Origin: Guillardia theta CCMP2712
Lineage: Eukaryota > Protista > Cryptophyta
Assembly (NCBI RefSeq): GCF_000315625.1
Contig: NW_005434662.1
Location: 767,479 to 831,478, forward strand
Direction: 5' to 3'
DNA length: 64,000 nucleotides
Position 1 is the stretch's first letter, and each line of letters begins with the position of its first letter. A program made the position numbers and the translations under genes. A model generated the notes under the pieces. That model had not been told where the DNA came from. It worked only from the letters and a program-made list of their open reading frames with translations, and made no database searches. Shown here one piece after another: positions 13,701 through 27,610 of this stretch.

Positions 13701-13838
13701 CTTTAAAGTCCCTCGCCTCCTCCTTGCTGACTGTGAATCTTCTTAGCCAGGCCGATCACGTTAGCGCGACACTTCAGCCTCCGCCTCAAACCTTTCACGC
13801 GTGCAAGAGCGCTTGCTGCAATTCGTTTCAAATCTACG

Positions 13839-15956
13839 ATGTCAACAGGTCACTTGACGGAGCATCGGTGTGTAACTGAAGTTGCTCCTCCTCCCCCTCA
13901 GATCTGGTCAAAATCAAGAAAGCACTCATCTCAGTCTCCGACAAGACAGACTTGCTCGTGCTCGCTGCTGCGCTCAAGGATGCTGGAGTGCAGGTGACAC
14001 ATACTCTGCATGACTACGGGCTGACAGTCGGTGGAGGTTCTTTCCACAGGAGGAACGGCCAAGGCTCTCAAGGAGGCCGGGCTTCCGGTGACTGACGTGT
14101 CGGACTACACTGGTACCGCTCCTCGTCTCCTCATGCCTCCGTTCTTTTAAACTACTCTGCAGGCTTCCCTGAGATGATGGATGGCCGTGTCAAGACCCTT
14201 CATCCCAAGGTGAGTCGCTGGCCGTGAGGGACGCGCGAGTGAGAGACGATGGCGAAGGTCCACGGGGCGCTGCTGTCGATCAGGAACAACCCTGAGCACG
14301 AGAAGGCTTGCAAGGAGCACGGGATCGAGTATATCGACATGCTCGTGGTCAATCTGTATCCCTTTCAAGCCACTGTGGCCAAGGGAGCAGACTTCGATAC
14401 CTGCATCGAGAACGTTGACATCGGTGGACCCGCCATGATCCGCGCGGCCTCCAAGAACCATCCCAGTGTCACCGTCATCACCTCAGTCACCCAGTACGCC
14501 AAGGCAAGCAGCTCGTCCTCGTGGCTCGTAACGCGCAGCTGACATGAGCGCAGGTGATCGAAGAGATGAAGCAGCATGACGGCTGTACCACTCTCAAGAC
14601 CAGGAGGAGCCTCGCTGCTGCCGCGTATGCTCACACGGCAGCCTACGACGCAGCTATCTCCACTTGGTTTGCGGAGCAGGTCAGTTCTGCTGGGTGTGCG
14701 AGAGGGGATGCTGACAAGGATGTGCTGGGCAGAACCAGGAGACTCCTGCTGTGGTGACGAGGGCGTACGACCTCGCCTTCCCCCTGAAGTACGGATGCAA
14801 CCCCCATCAACTCCCCGCCAACATCTACAGCATGTCGGGCGGAGCTCTTCCCTTCAAGGTCCTCAACGGCAAGCCGGGATACATCAACCTCCTCGATGCC
14901 CTCAACTCCTGGGCTCTGGTCAAGGAAGCGCGCGAGGCCCTCGGCCTCCCAGCTGCTGCCTCCTTCAAGCACGTCTCCCCTGCAGGAGCTGCTGTCGCCG
15001 TGCCCCTCTCCGACGTGGAGAAGCAGGCATACGAGGCTCCGGACAATCTCTCTCCTGCTGCGCTCGCCTACCTCCGTGCTCGCAACGCTGACCCCATGTG
15101 CTCCTTCGGCGACTGGGCGGCTCTGTCGGACGTTGTGGACGAGCAGACGGCGAACTACCTCAAGACGGAAGTCTCGGACGGCATCATCGCCCCCGGTTAC
15201 ACTCCCGAGGCCCTCGCCATCCTCTCTCAGAAGAAGACGGGCAGCTTCATCGTGCTCGAGGCCGATCCCAACTTTAAGAACCCTGCTGGAGAGATCGACT
15301 TCCGCGAGATCAACGGCTGCGTGTTCGCTCAGAGAGGACACGGAGACAAGCTCATCACGCCGGACATGATGAAGAAGAACATCTCGACCAAGAACAAGGA
15401 CCTTCCTGAAGGAGCCGTCCGAGATCAGGTTCTCGCCACTGTCGCCATCAAGTACACACAGTCCAACTCCGTTGGCTATGCTATCAACGGCATGATGATC
15501 GGCGTTGGAGCTGGACAGCAGAGTCGCGTCGACTGCGTGAAGCTTGCGGGGAGGAAGGTCACGACCTGGTGGATGCGGCAGCATCCCAAGGTGCTCGGCC
15601 TTCAGTTCAAGCCGGACGTGAAGCGTCAGGCCCGCGTGAACGCGCGCGTCAGGTACATCGAAGGCATGGCAGAGATGACCGACATCGAGCGCGAGACCTG
15701 GGCCCAGCAGTTCACTACCGTGCCAGAGCCGCTGACCCCAGCTGACTTCGAGGAGCACATGAAGAAGCTTGACGGAGTGGTGATCTCATCCGACGCCTTC
15801 TTCCCCTTCCGCGACAGCATCGACACTTGCATCAAGTACGGCGTCAAGTATGTGGCGCAGCCTGGAGGTTCAGTGCAGGACGAGGGAGTGACGGAGGCCT
15901 GCGATCAGTACGGGATGGTGCAGTGCCATCACGGCATGCGCCTCTTCCACCACTAG
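13839..15956 (+). CDS. purH: Bifunctional AICAR transformylase / IMP cyclohydrolase
   Basis: [67 protein letters not shown]. Six short introns (13849-13901, 13994-14036, 14113-14162, 14210-14257, 14504-14553, 14680-14732). Confidence 0.97.
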
Positions 15957-16143
15957 AGGTTGACCGCCCCAGCAGCTCAAGGCTCAGGGCGCCACTAGCT
16001 CACACCAGCAAGAGGGCTGACGCGTCTTGTTAAGACCTTTAAAGTACAAGCTTGCTACATGCACACTGACTGTTTCACCTCCTCCTTTCCCTTCGTCCTG
16101 CTGCCTCCCTACTTGCTCCCTCGCATCGTCAGTCTCGCCCGCG

Positions 16144-19100
16144 TCACCACTCCCCATCGGTCTCTGACCCGCTACTCCCGCAGTAGGAGACTGTAGTGGA
16201 GGCCTCCCCTTCCTTGCGCTTCGTCTCTCCCCTGCTGTTCACCAGGATGGTCTGTACCGCCGCTGAGATCCCAACGGATGCCAGCAGCTCCTCCTGGAGG
16301 GCGCGAAGCTCCTCGAGACGAGCCTGCAGGTCCCGCAGGTAAGGACGAGAAGCAAGGCAGCACGCACTTGCCTTCGTCTCAGGAGGAAGCGCGTCCCACC
16401 TGACCTCGAAGTCGAACCTGTTCGGATCCACCTGCCCCCCTTGTAAGCTCACGGCCCCTACAGGTCGACCTGCTCACATCCGGCTCCCCTACAAAGTCTT
16501 CGCTCCTCCCCTTTACGCCAGCCCCTTCCTGGCAGGTCCCAGTGATCCCCGCGCCCCTCACCTCCCTGCCTCTCACCTGCTCCTCCTCGAACTTGCGCTC
16601 CATCGCTGACCGCATGCCAGCAGGGACCCGCATCCCTTCCTTGCCGAACTCTATCTTGTGGGAGAGGTCTTTCACCTTGACATCTGTGAACCCATCGGCT
16701 CCTTCCTTCCCCTCGGTACTTCCTTCTCTCCCTCCTGCTCGTCCTCTACGTCAGCCCGACCATCACTGAGAAGCATCTGCTTGCTCTCACCCTTCTCCTC
16801 CATCCAGGATTGAGCGGAGGCCCCCGCACTCGACGTCCTCTCACTGTCGCACTCTGCCGAAGAGGACGGAGCGTCCTCCGCCATCTTCTTGGTGTCATGC
16901 GACTCGTAGATATCTGAGCTCTGGTAGGGGCAGTCAAACCTTAAGCGGAAAGAGAGCAATAAGAGGTTGAGAAGCGATCGAGGCAAGAGGAGGAGAGAGA
17001 GGAAGAGGGGCAGGAGGGGAGGGGGAGGTGTTGTTTGTTGGGGTGGAGGTGGTGGTGGTGGAGGAGGAGGAGGCACCTCCGAATCGCTGTGCATGCTCTG
17101 AACCTTCTTCTCGCGAGTCAAGTTCGCTCGCTCCTCTGATAATCTCTTGATCTCTGTGTTCTTCCTCTCCTGCAGACGAGCTATGAGCTCGTCCCTTAGC
17201 TGGTCGGGTGCTGCGTCCTCCAAGTCGCGGATCTGCGCGTCGAACCCCCGCGAGACATGCTGAACGACCTCACGATAGATCTTCTCGCGCTGCTGCTCTG
17301 CTGCACCCTCGTCCCCCTGCTCCTGCTCTCCGTGCACATCCTGCGCCTTCGAGTTCTTCGCAGCCTTCAGCAGCATGGCCTTGATGTGCTCGTCCACCGC
17401 GCAGCCATTCTCCACGAGCCGTCGCTCCACAAGTGACGCCACGTCCAGATGGCTGTGACTGTACGCCGCATCGACTCTGTCCTGCTGCTGCATCAGCCGC
17501 AGCTTGACCCCCGACACATCGATGGTGTCCACCTCCAGCTCCAGCTCAGACCCCACCTCAGCATCTTCGTTCGACTCGTGGTGGCTGCTCGACACGCTCT
17601 CAGCATAGTCGTACCCCGCGAAGATCAAGTTGCTTGTCAAAAGGTCCGGCACATTCGCAGCTCGAGTTTCGACCTCTTGACCTGACAGATCGTCGTCACT
17701 CTCGACGTAGACCGGGGCACGAGACTCCTCCGGCATCTTGTTGGGCGACTCTAGCTCGTTCTCCAGGTGGCGGACAAAGTAATTCTTTCCTGCCGCTGCT
17801 GGAGAACTTCGAACGTCCTGGGTCGAGGAAGAGTCGGAGGAGTCGACCCTGCAGCTTTGCCTCTCCTGGTTCGCCCTCTTGGATGCTGACGAGCCAACGG
17901 GCTTGTGGGACAGCGGGGCCGTTTCCTCCAAGGGAGCAGGATGAACTTTGGCGAGGTCTCCCCCTTCCGACAGGTCGGGCTCTATGCTCCTCCAGCTGGA
18001 ATCAGAAGCCTCCGACGTGCTGTCAGCGAGGCTCTCAGCCGGTTCTTCCTGCAGACTGCAGGGACCATCAGTCCTGCGTCGCCCGTGCACAGGAACAGCA
18101 GCACCTCTTGACGAACTCGAGGACCCTTCGGCGGTTGCTCGGGGATGTGATGTTGCGAATCTCGTCCAAGAGCTGCGCGTCTTGCATGGAGACGTCGCTC
18201 ATCATCCGATGCTTCGCAAGAGTCTCCGAGTCCTTGGAGGACCTTCCGGCTGCCTCCCCTTCCTGCAGACAGTCTAAGTTTCCTTCCCCACATCAACAAG
18301 GTCAGAAGTCTCCAAGAGTTGACCTGCCAGGCTCGATAGAACGCGGGCATCTCTCGCTCGTTTTCGACGGCCGTCTCGTTGTCCAAAAAAGCGGATCTAG
18401 ATTCAAAGAAGCAGAAGAAATCTTGTAGAAAGTTTATCCTGTCCGGCTGTGAGGAGAGAGATCTGCAGAAGATGGATGCGAGCTTGATGTCTTGATAGTC
18501 AAGAATGCTCGACGCAAGCAACGAGTCTAGTTCGTCAACGTCTGGAGTTTGACACACGGAGTCTGTCCCGTTGCTCTCACTTAGACGCGAAAGGCGAGAA
18601 GAGGTTCGGTAAGGCAGGTCTGACGCATCGTCCGTTGGAAGGTACCGATGAATCCCAGCTTCCTCATCCGCCCATGACAGCCTCGAGGTTGGTCTTGCGC
18701 CTTCGGACAGTCTGCTCTGAGGACGAGCGGGTTGTCTGACCTCCCTATCGCCATTCGTTCTCTCTCCTGCCCTGTGCTCTGCGCCTTGAGGACCCTCGTG
18801 GCGATGAAAGTTGGGCCACTCGTCACCTCCTGATTCCTCGTCTGCGTCGAACGGAAAGTCGCCCGACTCAGTATCTACCCCCGTGCCAGCCACCTCCAGC
18901 AGACGCTGCTGTTCTTTCGTGACGGCAAGCAGATCTTTGAGGTAAGCTATCCGGTCTTGCAGCTTCTGCAAGTCTTCAAGCTCAGTCTTGAGCTCATTGG
19001 GCATGTTCGAAAAGGACAACCCGCGATCCTCCATGGGCACGGTGTTGCTTTTCTCATTCCTGCTCAGTGACGTGTTCCTGCCTGGCGAGCTATTTTCTGA

Positions 19101-21088
19101 AGGCGAATTCTTGACTCCAGGAATCGGAGTTGGTTTCGGGTCTCTCGTTTGATCTCGTCGACTCTTGTTCTCCTGACGGTGCATGTATGAATCATCGTAG
19201 TCTTCATCAGCTTCGTTGCTACACTCTTCGAGTCAGCTTCAACTCACATTGGCAGGCAATCGACCTGCTCGAGATGGAAGAGATTTCGCTTGAAATTCTG
19301 TGATCGAAGTCAGAGGACTCATAGCTCTGGTCAGCTTCCTTGTCCAGTGACACTGATTTCATTACTTTCCCCTCGATAAATTCTTCAAAATATGTCAGCA
19401 GTGAAAGGAAAGAGGGCGTCTAATACCTTGGGGTATGCTATTCAACTTTTGTTCGATCGACTGCAATCGTTTGGCAGCCTCTTGCAACTTCAACTCGCGC
19501 TGCTCCAGCTGTTTGAGCTGTTCGTCTTCTCTACTCGCTTGCAACCGACTCGCTGCCATTGAGGGATTTGCCTTCAGCTGCTGCTCCTGTGGTTTGACAC
19601 TCTCTCCCTTTGCTTTGGAGTCACCTTTAGAATCATTCAATTGTTTCAGCGAATCCAAATTTTTCATCAGCGTGTCCAGTTCACGAATGTAGGTCGTGAT
19701 GCTCAACATTTCTTTCAGCTGTAACAATTTGCTTTCCATAGCATCGTTCCCCTCAAAGTTCTGCATCAAGCTATCTATTTCTTTTGATGCCAACTCATTG
19801 AATTCTGCATTTTCATCCTCATCACTGATCGACTCCAAGTCAAGATCATTTTGGCGATAATCCAGGTCATCGCGCGATAGCGGAGAATCGGAGTCGGAGT
19901 CTTCGGAATTCGCCTGCTTCTTGGATCCCTGTAGAAAAAATATCAAGAGGATCATCCCAGCCACAAGCAGCGCTTACAGCGGATGATTTTGTGCGGGAAT
20001 CGCTCATCATATTCTTCTGATATGAAGAGTTTGAGGAGACCGAAGCCTGACGTTTGCAATGAGGTTCATATGTCACCCCCTCGTGCTGCACAGGCAATAC
20101 CTGAACATTGGACTCGTACTCGATACCACCAGCACTCTCGGCATCATTGCTGCATACTGATGAATTGGAGACAACAAGATCGGAGCCTTCTTCCAAGTCC
20201 GACAAGGCCGACATGTCGTTGACTTTTCGCTTTGCAGCAGCGACTTCTGCTGTTGGCGATCAGGTGGTGGGGGAGAAAGATGGGAGAGCTTGCTGCCTCA
20301 CCTTGTTGACTCGCACTCTGAGATCCTTCGAACCTTCTTGGCTCCCTGGCGTTTGCATTCAAATCCGCCAGGTCTACTCCGGACCGGCGGCCTGCCTTCA
20401 CCTCCTCACGAGTATGGAGAGAATTTGCATCCTGGATAAGTCGCTCCAGCATGAGACGATCAAGGCGATCAATCGCGCTCTCTCCGCGATGCTCATAGTC
20501 GGCAGCAAACTTCTTGTGCGGTAGAGATGCAGACATCTCCCTCGAAGGCTCAGGCGACTTACCTTCGAACTCGTTCATCATATTCCTCTTCACGCTCTTC
20601 ATCCTGTCGGAGATCTCTTCACCAACCCCGTCTTGTCTCTTGGGAGGAGCGCTCTTGGGGTATTTGATCGCCTGCTTCTTGCTCTCTTCGTATTCTTCCT
20701 CTCCCTTCGTCTCACTGCAGAACGAAAGGAGCAGAGGCTTCCCCCAGATGGCGAACCCCTGAAGCCTGGCAATCGCCTGCCGCGCTGCGTCACGACTCTT
20801 AAAGGCGATGACGGCTTGACGTTCATGGCTGGTTCTTGAGGAAGGAGAGGACCTCGTCGCCGCAGGACTACCCTCAGGCTGCAACAGCTTCACCATTTCC
20901 ACTTCGCCGAAAACGCCGAACAAGCCACGGAGACCCTGCTCCACGTCTGTACGTGGAACCCTTCCTTCGATCCCATCCACTCTCAAGCAGCGAGTAACTT
21001 GATCTGTGAGGGAGGGAACGTCTTCCTGCCTCGTCGTATCCTCCCTCCCTCCCTCCCCTCCGCCCGTGCTCCTTCCGCTCTTTCGCAT
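16144..21088 (-). CDS. Large multi-exon protein: N-terminal RRM (U1A/U2B''-like) plus long acidic disordered / coiled-coil region
   Basis: CLRVDGIEGRV...LFGVFGEV...QAVIAFKSRDAARQAIARLQGFAIWGKPLLLSF. Chain of same-strand ORFs (328, 115, 189, 400, 472, 98, 102 aa) separated by intron-sized gaps; could be two genes. Confidence 0.55.
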
Positions 21089-21394
21089 TGACGGCGGCGG
21101 CGCAACCCGAAAACCGTCGCAGGGGGTCAACTATTGGGATAAAATTTCCTGATTTGGTAATTCTACTCTTTCAATTTAGTAAATAAAATTAAGATATCAA
21201 AGATGAAATATGTTTTGAAAATATTATTGGAAATCAGCGAATCAGGGAATCCCTTAGTGACGGGCCATCCCCTGGGTTACAGGATCCTCCTGCAGGACCT
21301 GCCCGCCCTGCTGCCCGCCTGATACCAGGCTCTTGTGACTGTCAAGTTCTCCTCTGACGGAAGCAAGAGGAAGCAAGCCTCGCCCGCACGACTA

Positions 21395-21537
21395 CCAGCA
21401 CCACCAGCACCACCAGCAGCAACAACATCAGGGGCAGCAGCAGCACCAGCACCAGCACCAGCACCAGCACCAGCAGTAGCAGCAGCAGCAGCAGCAGCAG
21501 TAGCAGTAGCAGCAGCAGCAACAACATCAAGGGCAGT

Positions 21538-21575
<38 letters not shown>

Positions 21576-21712
21576 CAGTAGCAGCAACAACATCAAGGGC
21601 AGCAGCACCAGCACCAGCACCAGCAGCCGCAGCAGCACCAGCAGCACCACCACCACCACCAGCAGCAGCACCACCACCACCACCACCACCACCACCAGCA
21701 CCAGCACCAGCA
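21395..21712. repeat. (CAG/CAC/TAG)n compound trinucleotide repeat with internal higher-order units
   Basis: Directly visible; gcaacaacatcaagggcag recurs three times. Confidence 0.9.
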
Positions 21713-21864
21713 TAGCTTTGGTGTCTCCTCCTGCTCCTCCTCTGTCTATCGCTTTGCTCTCTTGACTGGTGGGTCACACTGCCACCAGCTGCTTGTGCGC
21801 TCCTGTCTCTTGTCGTTATTTCTTCTCCTTGCGCTCTATGCGCACCCCCTAGCACCCGCGCAGA

Positions 21865-23287
21865 ATGGTCTGGACATTACTGCATTCCCTGGCTGGCGAT
21901 GACGATGTTCAGGAGATTGACGCACTGTTGAAAGTGAGGAGAAAGCGCTGAGGGGGGTCGAACTGAGGCTTCACTCGCAGACAGGAGTAGACATAGAGGA
22001 GAAAGATCTCGCCGGGCTCACTGCACTCCACGTTGCCTCAGGCGAAGGCTCGTCAAACGCTGTTGGCCTTGAGGTAGCGATATGCGCGCATTGACTGCCA
22101 TGTAGGTACGAGTCTTGTGCGACAACGGCGCGAATGTGAACGCAGCTGCCAGTTACAGTCATGTCTCTCCGCTCCATCGAGCAGTCGAAGAAGGGCACGA
22201 GGAGTGCGCTGGAGTGCTGATAGAGCTGAAGGCGGACCTGGAGGCGAGAACGAAAGAAGGTTTCACTCCGCTGCATGAAGCAGTTCGCTCTGGCTCAATG
22301 GCGCTTGTTAGGCTGCTGCTTGAGAGCCAAGGTAGATTCGATGCATATGATGATGCAGCATATGACCTGAGCGCTTGTCGCCCCAGCTTGTGTCAACTCA
22401 ACCTGCAACACTCGCTCCTCCCCCCTGCACATCTCAATCTTGAACGAACACCACGAGATCTCGACGTTCTTGGTGGCACCAGCAGCGTCTTCTTGCGGTT
22501 GAAGTGATAAGCTCGTCAGGTCTCACAAGGAGCTGATGTGTATGCCCCTGACGACTACGGTATTTCTGCTTGCGATCAGTCCGGGTAGAGAGCTGTGTTG
22601 AACATGTGTGCTTGATGTCTGCCTAACATCAATGCAGGTCTGAAGAACAGATGCGAGCCATAGGAATCTGGAAGCAGAATGTCATCCTCGAAGAAGTAAT
22701 ACAATCCTTCATGTGACATCCGTGATGGAAGCTTGAAAGTTATCAGAGTACATCCTGGCCGTTGCCGACAAGCTTGGCAAGGTGAATCAATCATGACGGC
22801 TCAAGGAAATTCGATGCTGAAAGAGAATGAGCCAGGAGTCAGGAATCGCCCTGAAAGACCCGACTTCCATCATTATGAACCGAAAGTTCAGAGCATACAT
22901 GAGTGTCAAAGAGTTTTGGACCTTTCTTGAGAGGAGACGGAGGCGCAACAGGTTGTTGGGAGAGGTTGAGTAGAGCTGCGCTGAGTGCTTCAAACTCTAA
23001 CGGTGTGATCGTTGTCAGGTCAAGAGATCGGTAGCGTCAAAATTGCTCTTGTAGGAAAAACTGATCAGATGTAGGATGTGGAGAACTCGAGCATACGCGC
23101 AAAGCGCTTCAACCATTTGTACAATGCTAGCCAGTTTCTTGAGAGCAACATCGTAGAAGATGAGGTAAGTTGGCGTCTTTGAGATGAATCAAAGATGACG
23201 CCTAGCACAAAAAGGATGCAAAGAATTTTATAACCAAGACAGTACAAAAAGCTTTCCCGTCAGAGAAAGATGAAGAAGAGGAAGTAG
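21865..23287 (+). CDS. Ankyrin-repeat protein (multi-exon)
   Basis: GLTALHVASGEG, GANVN...SPLHRAVEEGHEECAGVLIELKADLEARTKEGFTPLHEAVRSG, SPLHISILNEH. 3' exons approximate. Confidence 0.85.
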
Positions 23288-23308
23288 ACGATGAAGGCTG
23301 AATACGTT

Positions 23309-25538
23309 TCAAAACATAGTAAATGTTAGCGGTAGAAGTCCAAACAGAACAACCAAGATCAATGCCAAAGGGTCGCTTCCTGTGAGCCTAGAGTCATCGT
23401 AAAGTCATGGCAAGCTCAAGCAGCACCGTTGGTACAGGCAGCGTTGACAAGAATCGATACAGTGGTGAAGCTGGACAAACACGTAGACATGTCGACATTC
23501 GAGTTGGGATCGAAGAACTGCGGCGTCTGAGTCATCCCACACTGAATGCTTGCGCTACATTGCTGAGAAGTTTGCAACTCTGACGCCCATGACTGCGAGC
23601 TAACGGAGTTCTGACACTTGTGATCGCCATAGGAGTAGTAGTATGTCTTCTGCTGCTTCGTGTCTACCCGCAAGTAGGTGTTGTCGTTGGTGTCCGTATT
23701 CCATACGCACATGCTGCTCAACTCATCAGATACACAAAATCAGCTCAACGTCACACACTTATCCAACGTGTAGAGAATCTCGACGGGGCGGCCTGAGCAC
23801 GTGGGGTTGTACCATGTTGTCTTGACTTTGTACTCCATCTGACGAGATGCATCACGCAATGAGAATGGAGGGTTGAGATCAATCTCACGAGTTTGCCAGG
23901 AATCGGCGAAGGAGGAGAAGGGAAGTTAGTAAGGCAGTAGACCGACATGTAATTGGTGCCTTGACTGGTATTGCTCGTGTCAAGCGGCAAACAACTTTGA
24001 GGCTTGCATGCTGAAGTGATGGCGGCTCCTGCTATCAGATGCTTTGAAAGAGTCAGGGTTGGCATGAGTGAAAGTATAAAACCTGCTGAATCACATTGGT
24101 ACACGTCGAATCACTGTAGAAATCTTGTATGATGAGAGAAGTACAGAGCTGTGCGTTGCTTTGAATCGCTAACTTCGTCATATTTTGATTCATTTGAATG
24201 CATCTGCAGCAAACCAAGACAAGCGTCACAAGTCGAGGAGATCATGGACGAGTTCAAAAGCATCTCCAAGACGTACTGCTGCGACGTCGACGAAAACGTC
24301 TGATTGGAATAACAGTTGGAACACTTGAAACTTCGTCAGACTCATGTAGACAGCGACGAAGTTGCATACGGTGCTGTCACGACAGTGAGACAATGCTCTG
24401 GTGCTGCAAGTGTAGCTCAAGTAGTCCTCACTTGACGGAAGAGCATCCGTGAAAATGTCCTGCATGCAATCAGGACGAGGAATCGTGTCACGGGTATCAA
24501 ACCATGTAGGGAATGCACTGCGATTGTCCAACCAGATGAATCGCGTTCAGATTGTTAACGCCACAACTGGTTGCCGTCTCTGAGAAGTAACTGTTGTGAG
24601 GTCAGTTCAAGCTCCAGAGCGAATAAAGAGTCTACAAGGTCGTGAGGTATGTCGCATCAGGCGTTAGCAAGGACGTCAACTGAGATGGATTTGAGAAGAG
24701 CTGGTTGGTACAAATCCTGTGATGCTTTTCTCAGAGAAAAGATGATCAGTAGACAGACAGGAACCTTGACTCATAATAGGTGATCTTGTTGAAGTAGGTC
24801 TTCTTCTGGCAATTGAGGGGTGTGCATGGTTGGTCGACCTTCATCAGCTGCAGCAAATTCCGTTGACAAGGTTGCCTCCTCCTCCATCACTCAACTCACG
24901 AGAGCATTCCTCGTGGCCTTGCGGTAGATGATCTCGTACGGGTTGGTCGAGCATGTGCTGTCGGTATACCTCTCGATCAGCATCCACTGAGTCGAACACT
25001 TGGCCAGACTGCATCTGCAAGTAGCTCAACAAGCGTGAGAGAGGAGCAGGGCGTACTTGGTGTATCTTCCCCCGCACGTCTCAAGCTCGCTCGTCCAATC
25101 GATCACAGCTCCGCCTTGCGTGAGAGGACGAGCCCTGCCCAGTTTCCTTGTGGTCACGAAGAGAGCAGAGGAGGTCTCATCATACCCCTGGAAGAAGTTG
25201 AACTGCTCTGCGGAGTACTGTCTGGATGCGCATGTCGGCTGTGTGCATGAGGAGCACGCGTTGTCAAGTTCGATCTGAACCCATGTAGGACAGGCGGCGG
25301 TGGAAGGAGTCTTGGAAGCAGCTGCGCACATCCTGCAGCACAGGAGTCACAGAAGGCGCTGGGGGTGCGAAGCACCAACCCTAACAGCCCCAGCATGTTG
25401 TTGGTGCAACCCTCGCCACTCTGAGAGCACTGGTAGTTCCACACACTGCCATCCTTCAGCCAATCGAGCACAGGAACCTCCAGCAGCAGACCTGCTCGTC
25501 AGCCTCAGGCAGCTCAGCAACGCCAGCCCGCGCGCCAT
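23309..25538 (-). CDS. Secreted / cell-surface Cys-Ser-Thr-rich protein with hydrophobic C-terminus (TM or GPI signal); apparently intact copy
   Basis: MARGLALLSCL signal-like start, many Cys-rich short exons, C-terminal DPLALILVVLFGLLPLTFTMF*. Confidence 0.65.
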
Positions 25539-27610
25539 GGCCTTGGCCGTCCCTCCCGCCATCCCTGGGCCTCACACCGGCGACCTTTAATTCCCAGGAG
25601 GCAACCGGAGGCTTCAGGGTTTATAGGCCCTCCCTCCTCCTTCCACCTCCCGCCCCCACCTCTCCTTTCCAAAGCTCTTGGCGCTGCCAGGGGAAGCATG
25701 CTAGAGGAGGAGCAACGAGACTCTGAGAGGGGCTCTTGAGACCAGGATGACTCAGGCGGAGAGGTCAGAGGAACGCGGATCAAGCTCCTCATCGACTCGT
25801 GTAAGTTTTGTGTTGTGCGCTCATGCACATCGAGCGAGACTGCTGGAAGCGTCGAGAAGAGAGAAAAGGAGTCGATCGACTTGAATTCTATGCTCTATTC
25901 TTGCATCGTTGCAGGAAAAAATAAGCATCTTCACGCCCTACGGGATCTAAACTCACCACCTCCCATTCAGGAGCCCCATGATCATTCACCGAACCCGCGT
26001 TGGAGATTCTTCTTAGAGTGAACACTCCCTCGAGATGAGTGAGCCTAGCTGAAAACTTGTGTCTGATAACAACAATCAGCATGCGTTGGTGCGAGCCGCA
26101 AGCGAACCCACCTGCATGTGCTTTTTGCCTTCTTATAAACAAGTTCAACAACAAGGGCACGCGATGATGTATGCTTCACCTGCAGCTGATCCCCATGATT
26201 GAAGCAACCATGGCGTCAGGTAATTGTATGGTGCTTGTCTGTGAACCATCATCGATTCCCACGAGCAATGACCACGTGGGTAACGGCTGCTTTCACTCGG
26301 AAAGCTTTCTGGAAGTCTTTCTGGTCTTTGAGATCGATGAGGTAGAACAGTTGCGCACATGGTTGACTTCGGTTGACTTCTATAGCTTCACATCGGTCCG
26401 CCTCCTTCGGTGCTGGTACGTTGGCTGCTGCAGGTGCTCTAGGTCGCTCCTGTTGTTCTTCGGCCTCGGCTTCCTGCACACTAGAATTCAGAGCAATCTC
26501 ATCAAAGCAGAGGCAGGNNNNNNNNNNNNNNNNNNNNNNNNNNNNNNNNNNNNNNNNNNNNNNNNNNNNNNNNNNNNNNNNNNNNNNNNNNNNNNNNNNN
26601 NNNNNNNNNNNNNNNNNNNNNNNNNNNNNNNNNNNNNNNNNNNNNNNNNNNNNNNNNNNNNNNNNNNNNNNNNNNNNNNNNNNNNNNNNNNNNNNNNNNN
26701 NNNNNNNNNNNNNNNNNNNNNNNNNNNNNNNNNNNNNNNNNNNNNNNNNNNNNNNNNNNNNNNNNNNNCACGGGTTCACCAATCCGTTTCACCAATCACA
26801 TGGCCCCTGTTCTGATTCGGGCTCCTCATGAAGTCGTTGGCAGATATTCGGCTCCCTGATGGAGCCAACGCATTCACTTCTCGTCGCCGACTTGGCTGGT
26901 TGGCATCAAAATCCTCCTGATGGCTGATTTCGTCGTCCATAGGATCATTTGCAATCAACTGAAGTCTTTTCCTGGATTTCTCCAGCTCGGCCATGGCCTT
27001 TTGCCTCTTCTTCTCTAGATCTGAGCACATACCCCCAAGAACACAGAGATTGTGCGGACCAAATAGAGCCACACCGCGTCTCATCTCAAAATCCTTGACA
27101 AGTACTTTCACACCCGCGGGAGAATTCACGCTCAAATCTCGGATCTCATTCAACTCCAACCCACAAATATTTTCGGTTCCATCCGTGAGAAGTAGTTTCA
27201 ACATCCTTCCTCTCGTATCTGCCAATCGGTGCTCATTCGGCTCTGAGATGTTGATGACTTCGTCGATCTGAAAATGCTGTTTCACACAGCGACCAACTCG
27301 GTCATTTTATTCTTACCTGGAGCACGAATGTTCCGCTCACTGTTTGCTTGTGCATAGACCTTATCCCAGGAGGCAGACAAGCTCTGCCTGACAGTCTGAG
27401 ATCGGTGTAGAGCGCGAGCTCATAGAGTTCTTTGTCGGCATCTCTACCCGTTCTTCTGCATGCTCGATGTGCCTGCAAGCATTCTCATCTCACACAGCGG
27501 TAGTGAAGACCTCACCTGTCGCAGCCAGCCATCCTCGAGATGAAAGCCAAGAGACTTGAGACTTGCTCCCAGGCTCCCAGCCCCACCATCGGCGCCCTCC
27601 ACTCGCATCC
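23690..27610. repeat. Segmental direct duplication, copy 1 (partner ~32376-36237)
   Basis: Near-identical sequence; identical ORF translations recur in both copies. Confidence 0.95.
25888..27608 (-). pseudogene. RMI1: RMI1 duplicate, probably disabled
   Basis: Versus copy 2: 26-nt frameshifting deletion near 26268, ~24-nt deletion removing a splice acceptor near 26136, +1 insertion near 26786, no promoter. Contains an N gap. Confidence 0.7.

Noticed and set aside
21277-21855. Poly-Ala / poly-Leu ORFs
   Set aside because: Produced by trinucleotide repeats in several frames; no evidence of coding
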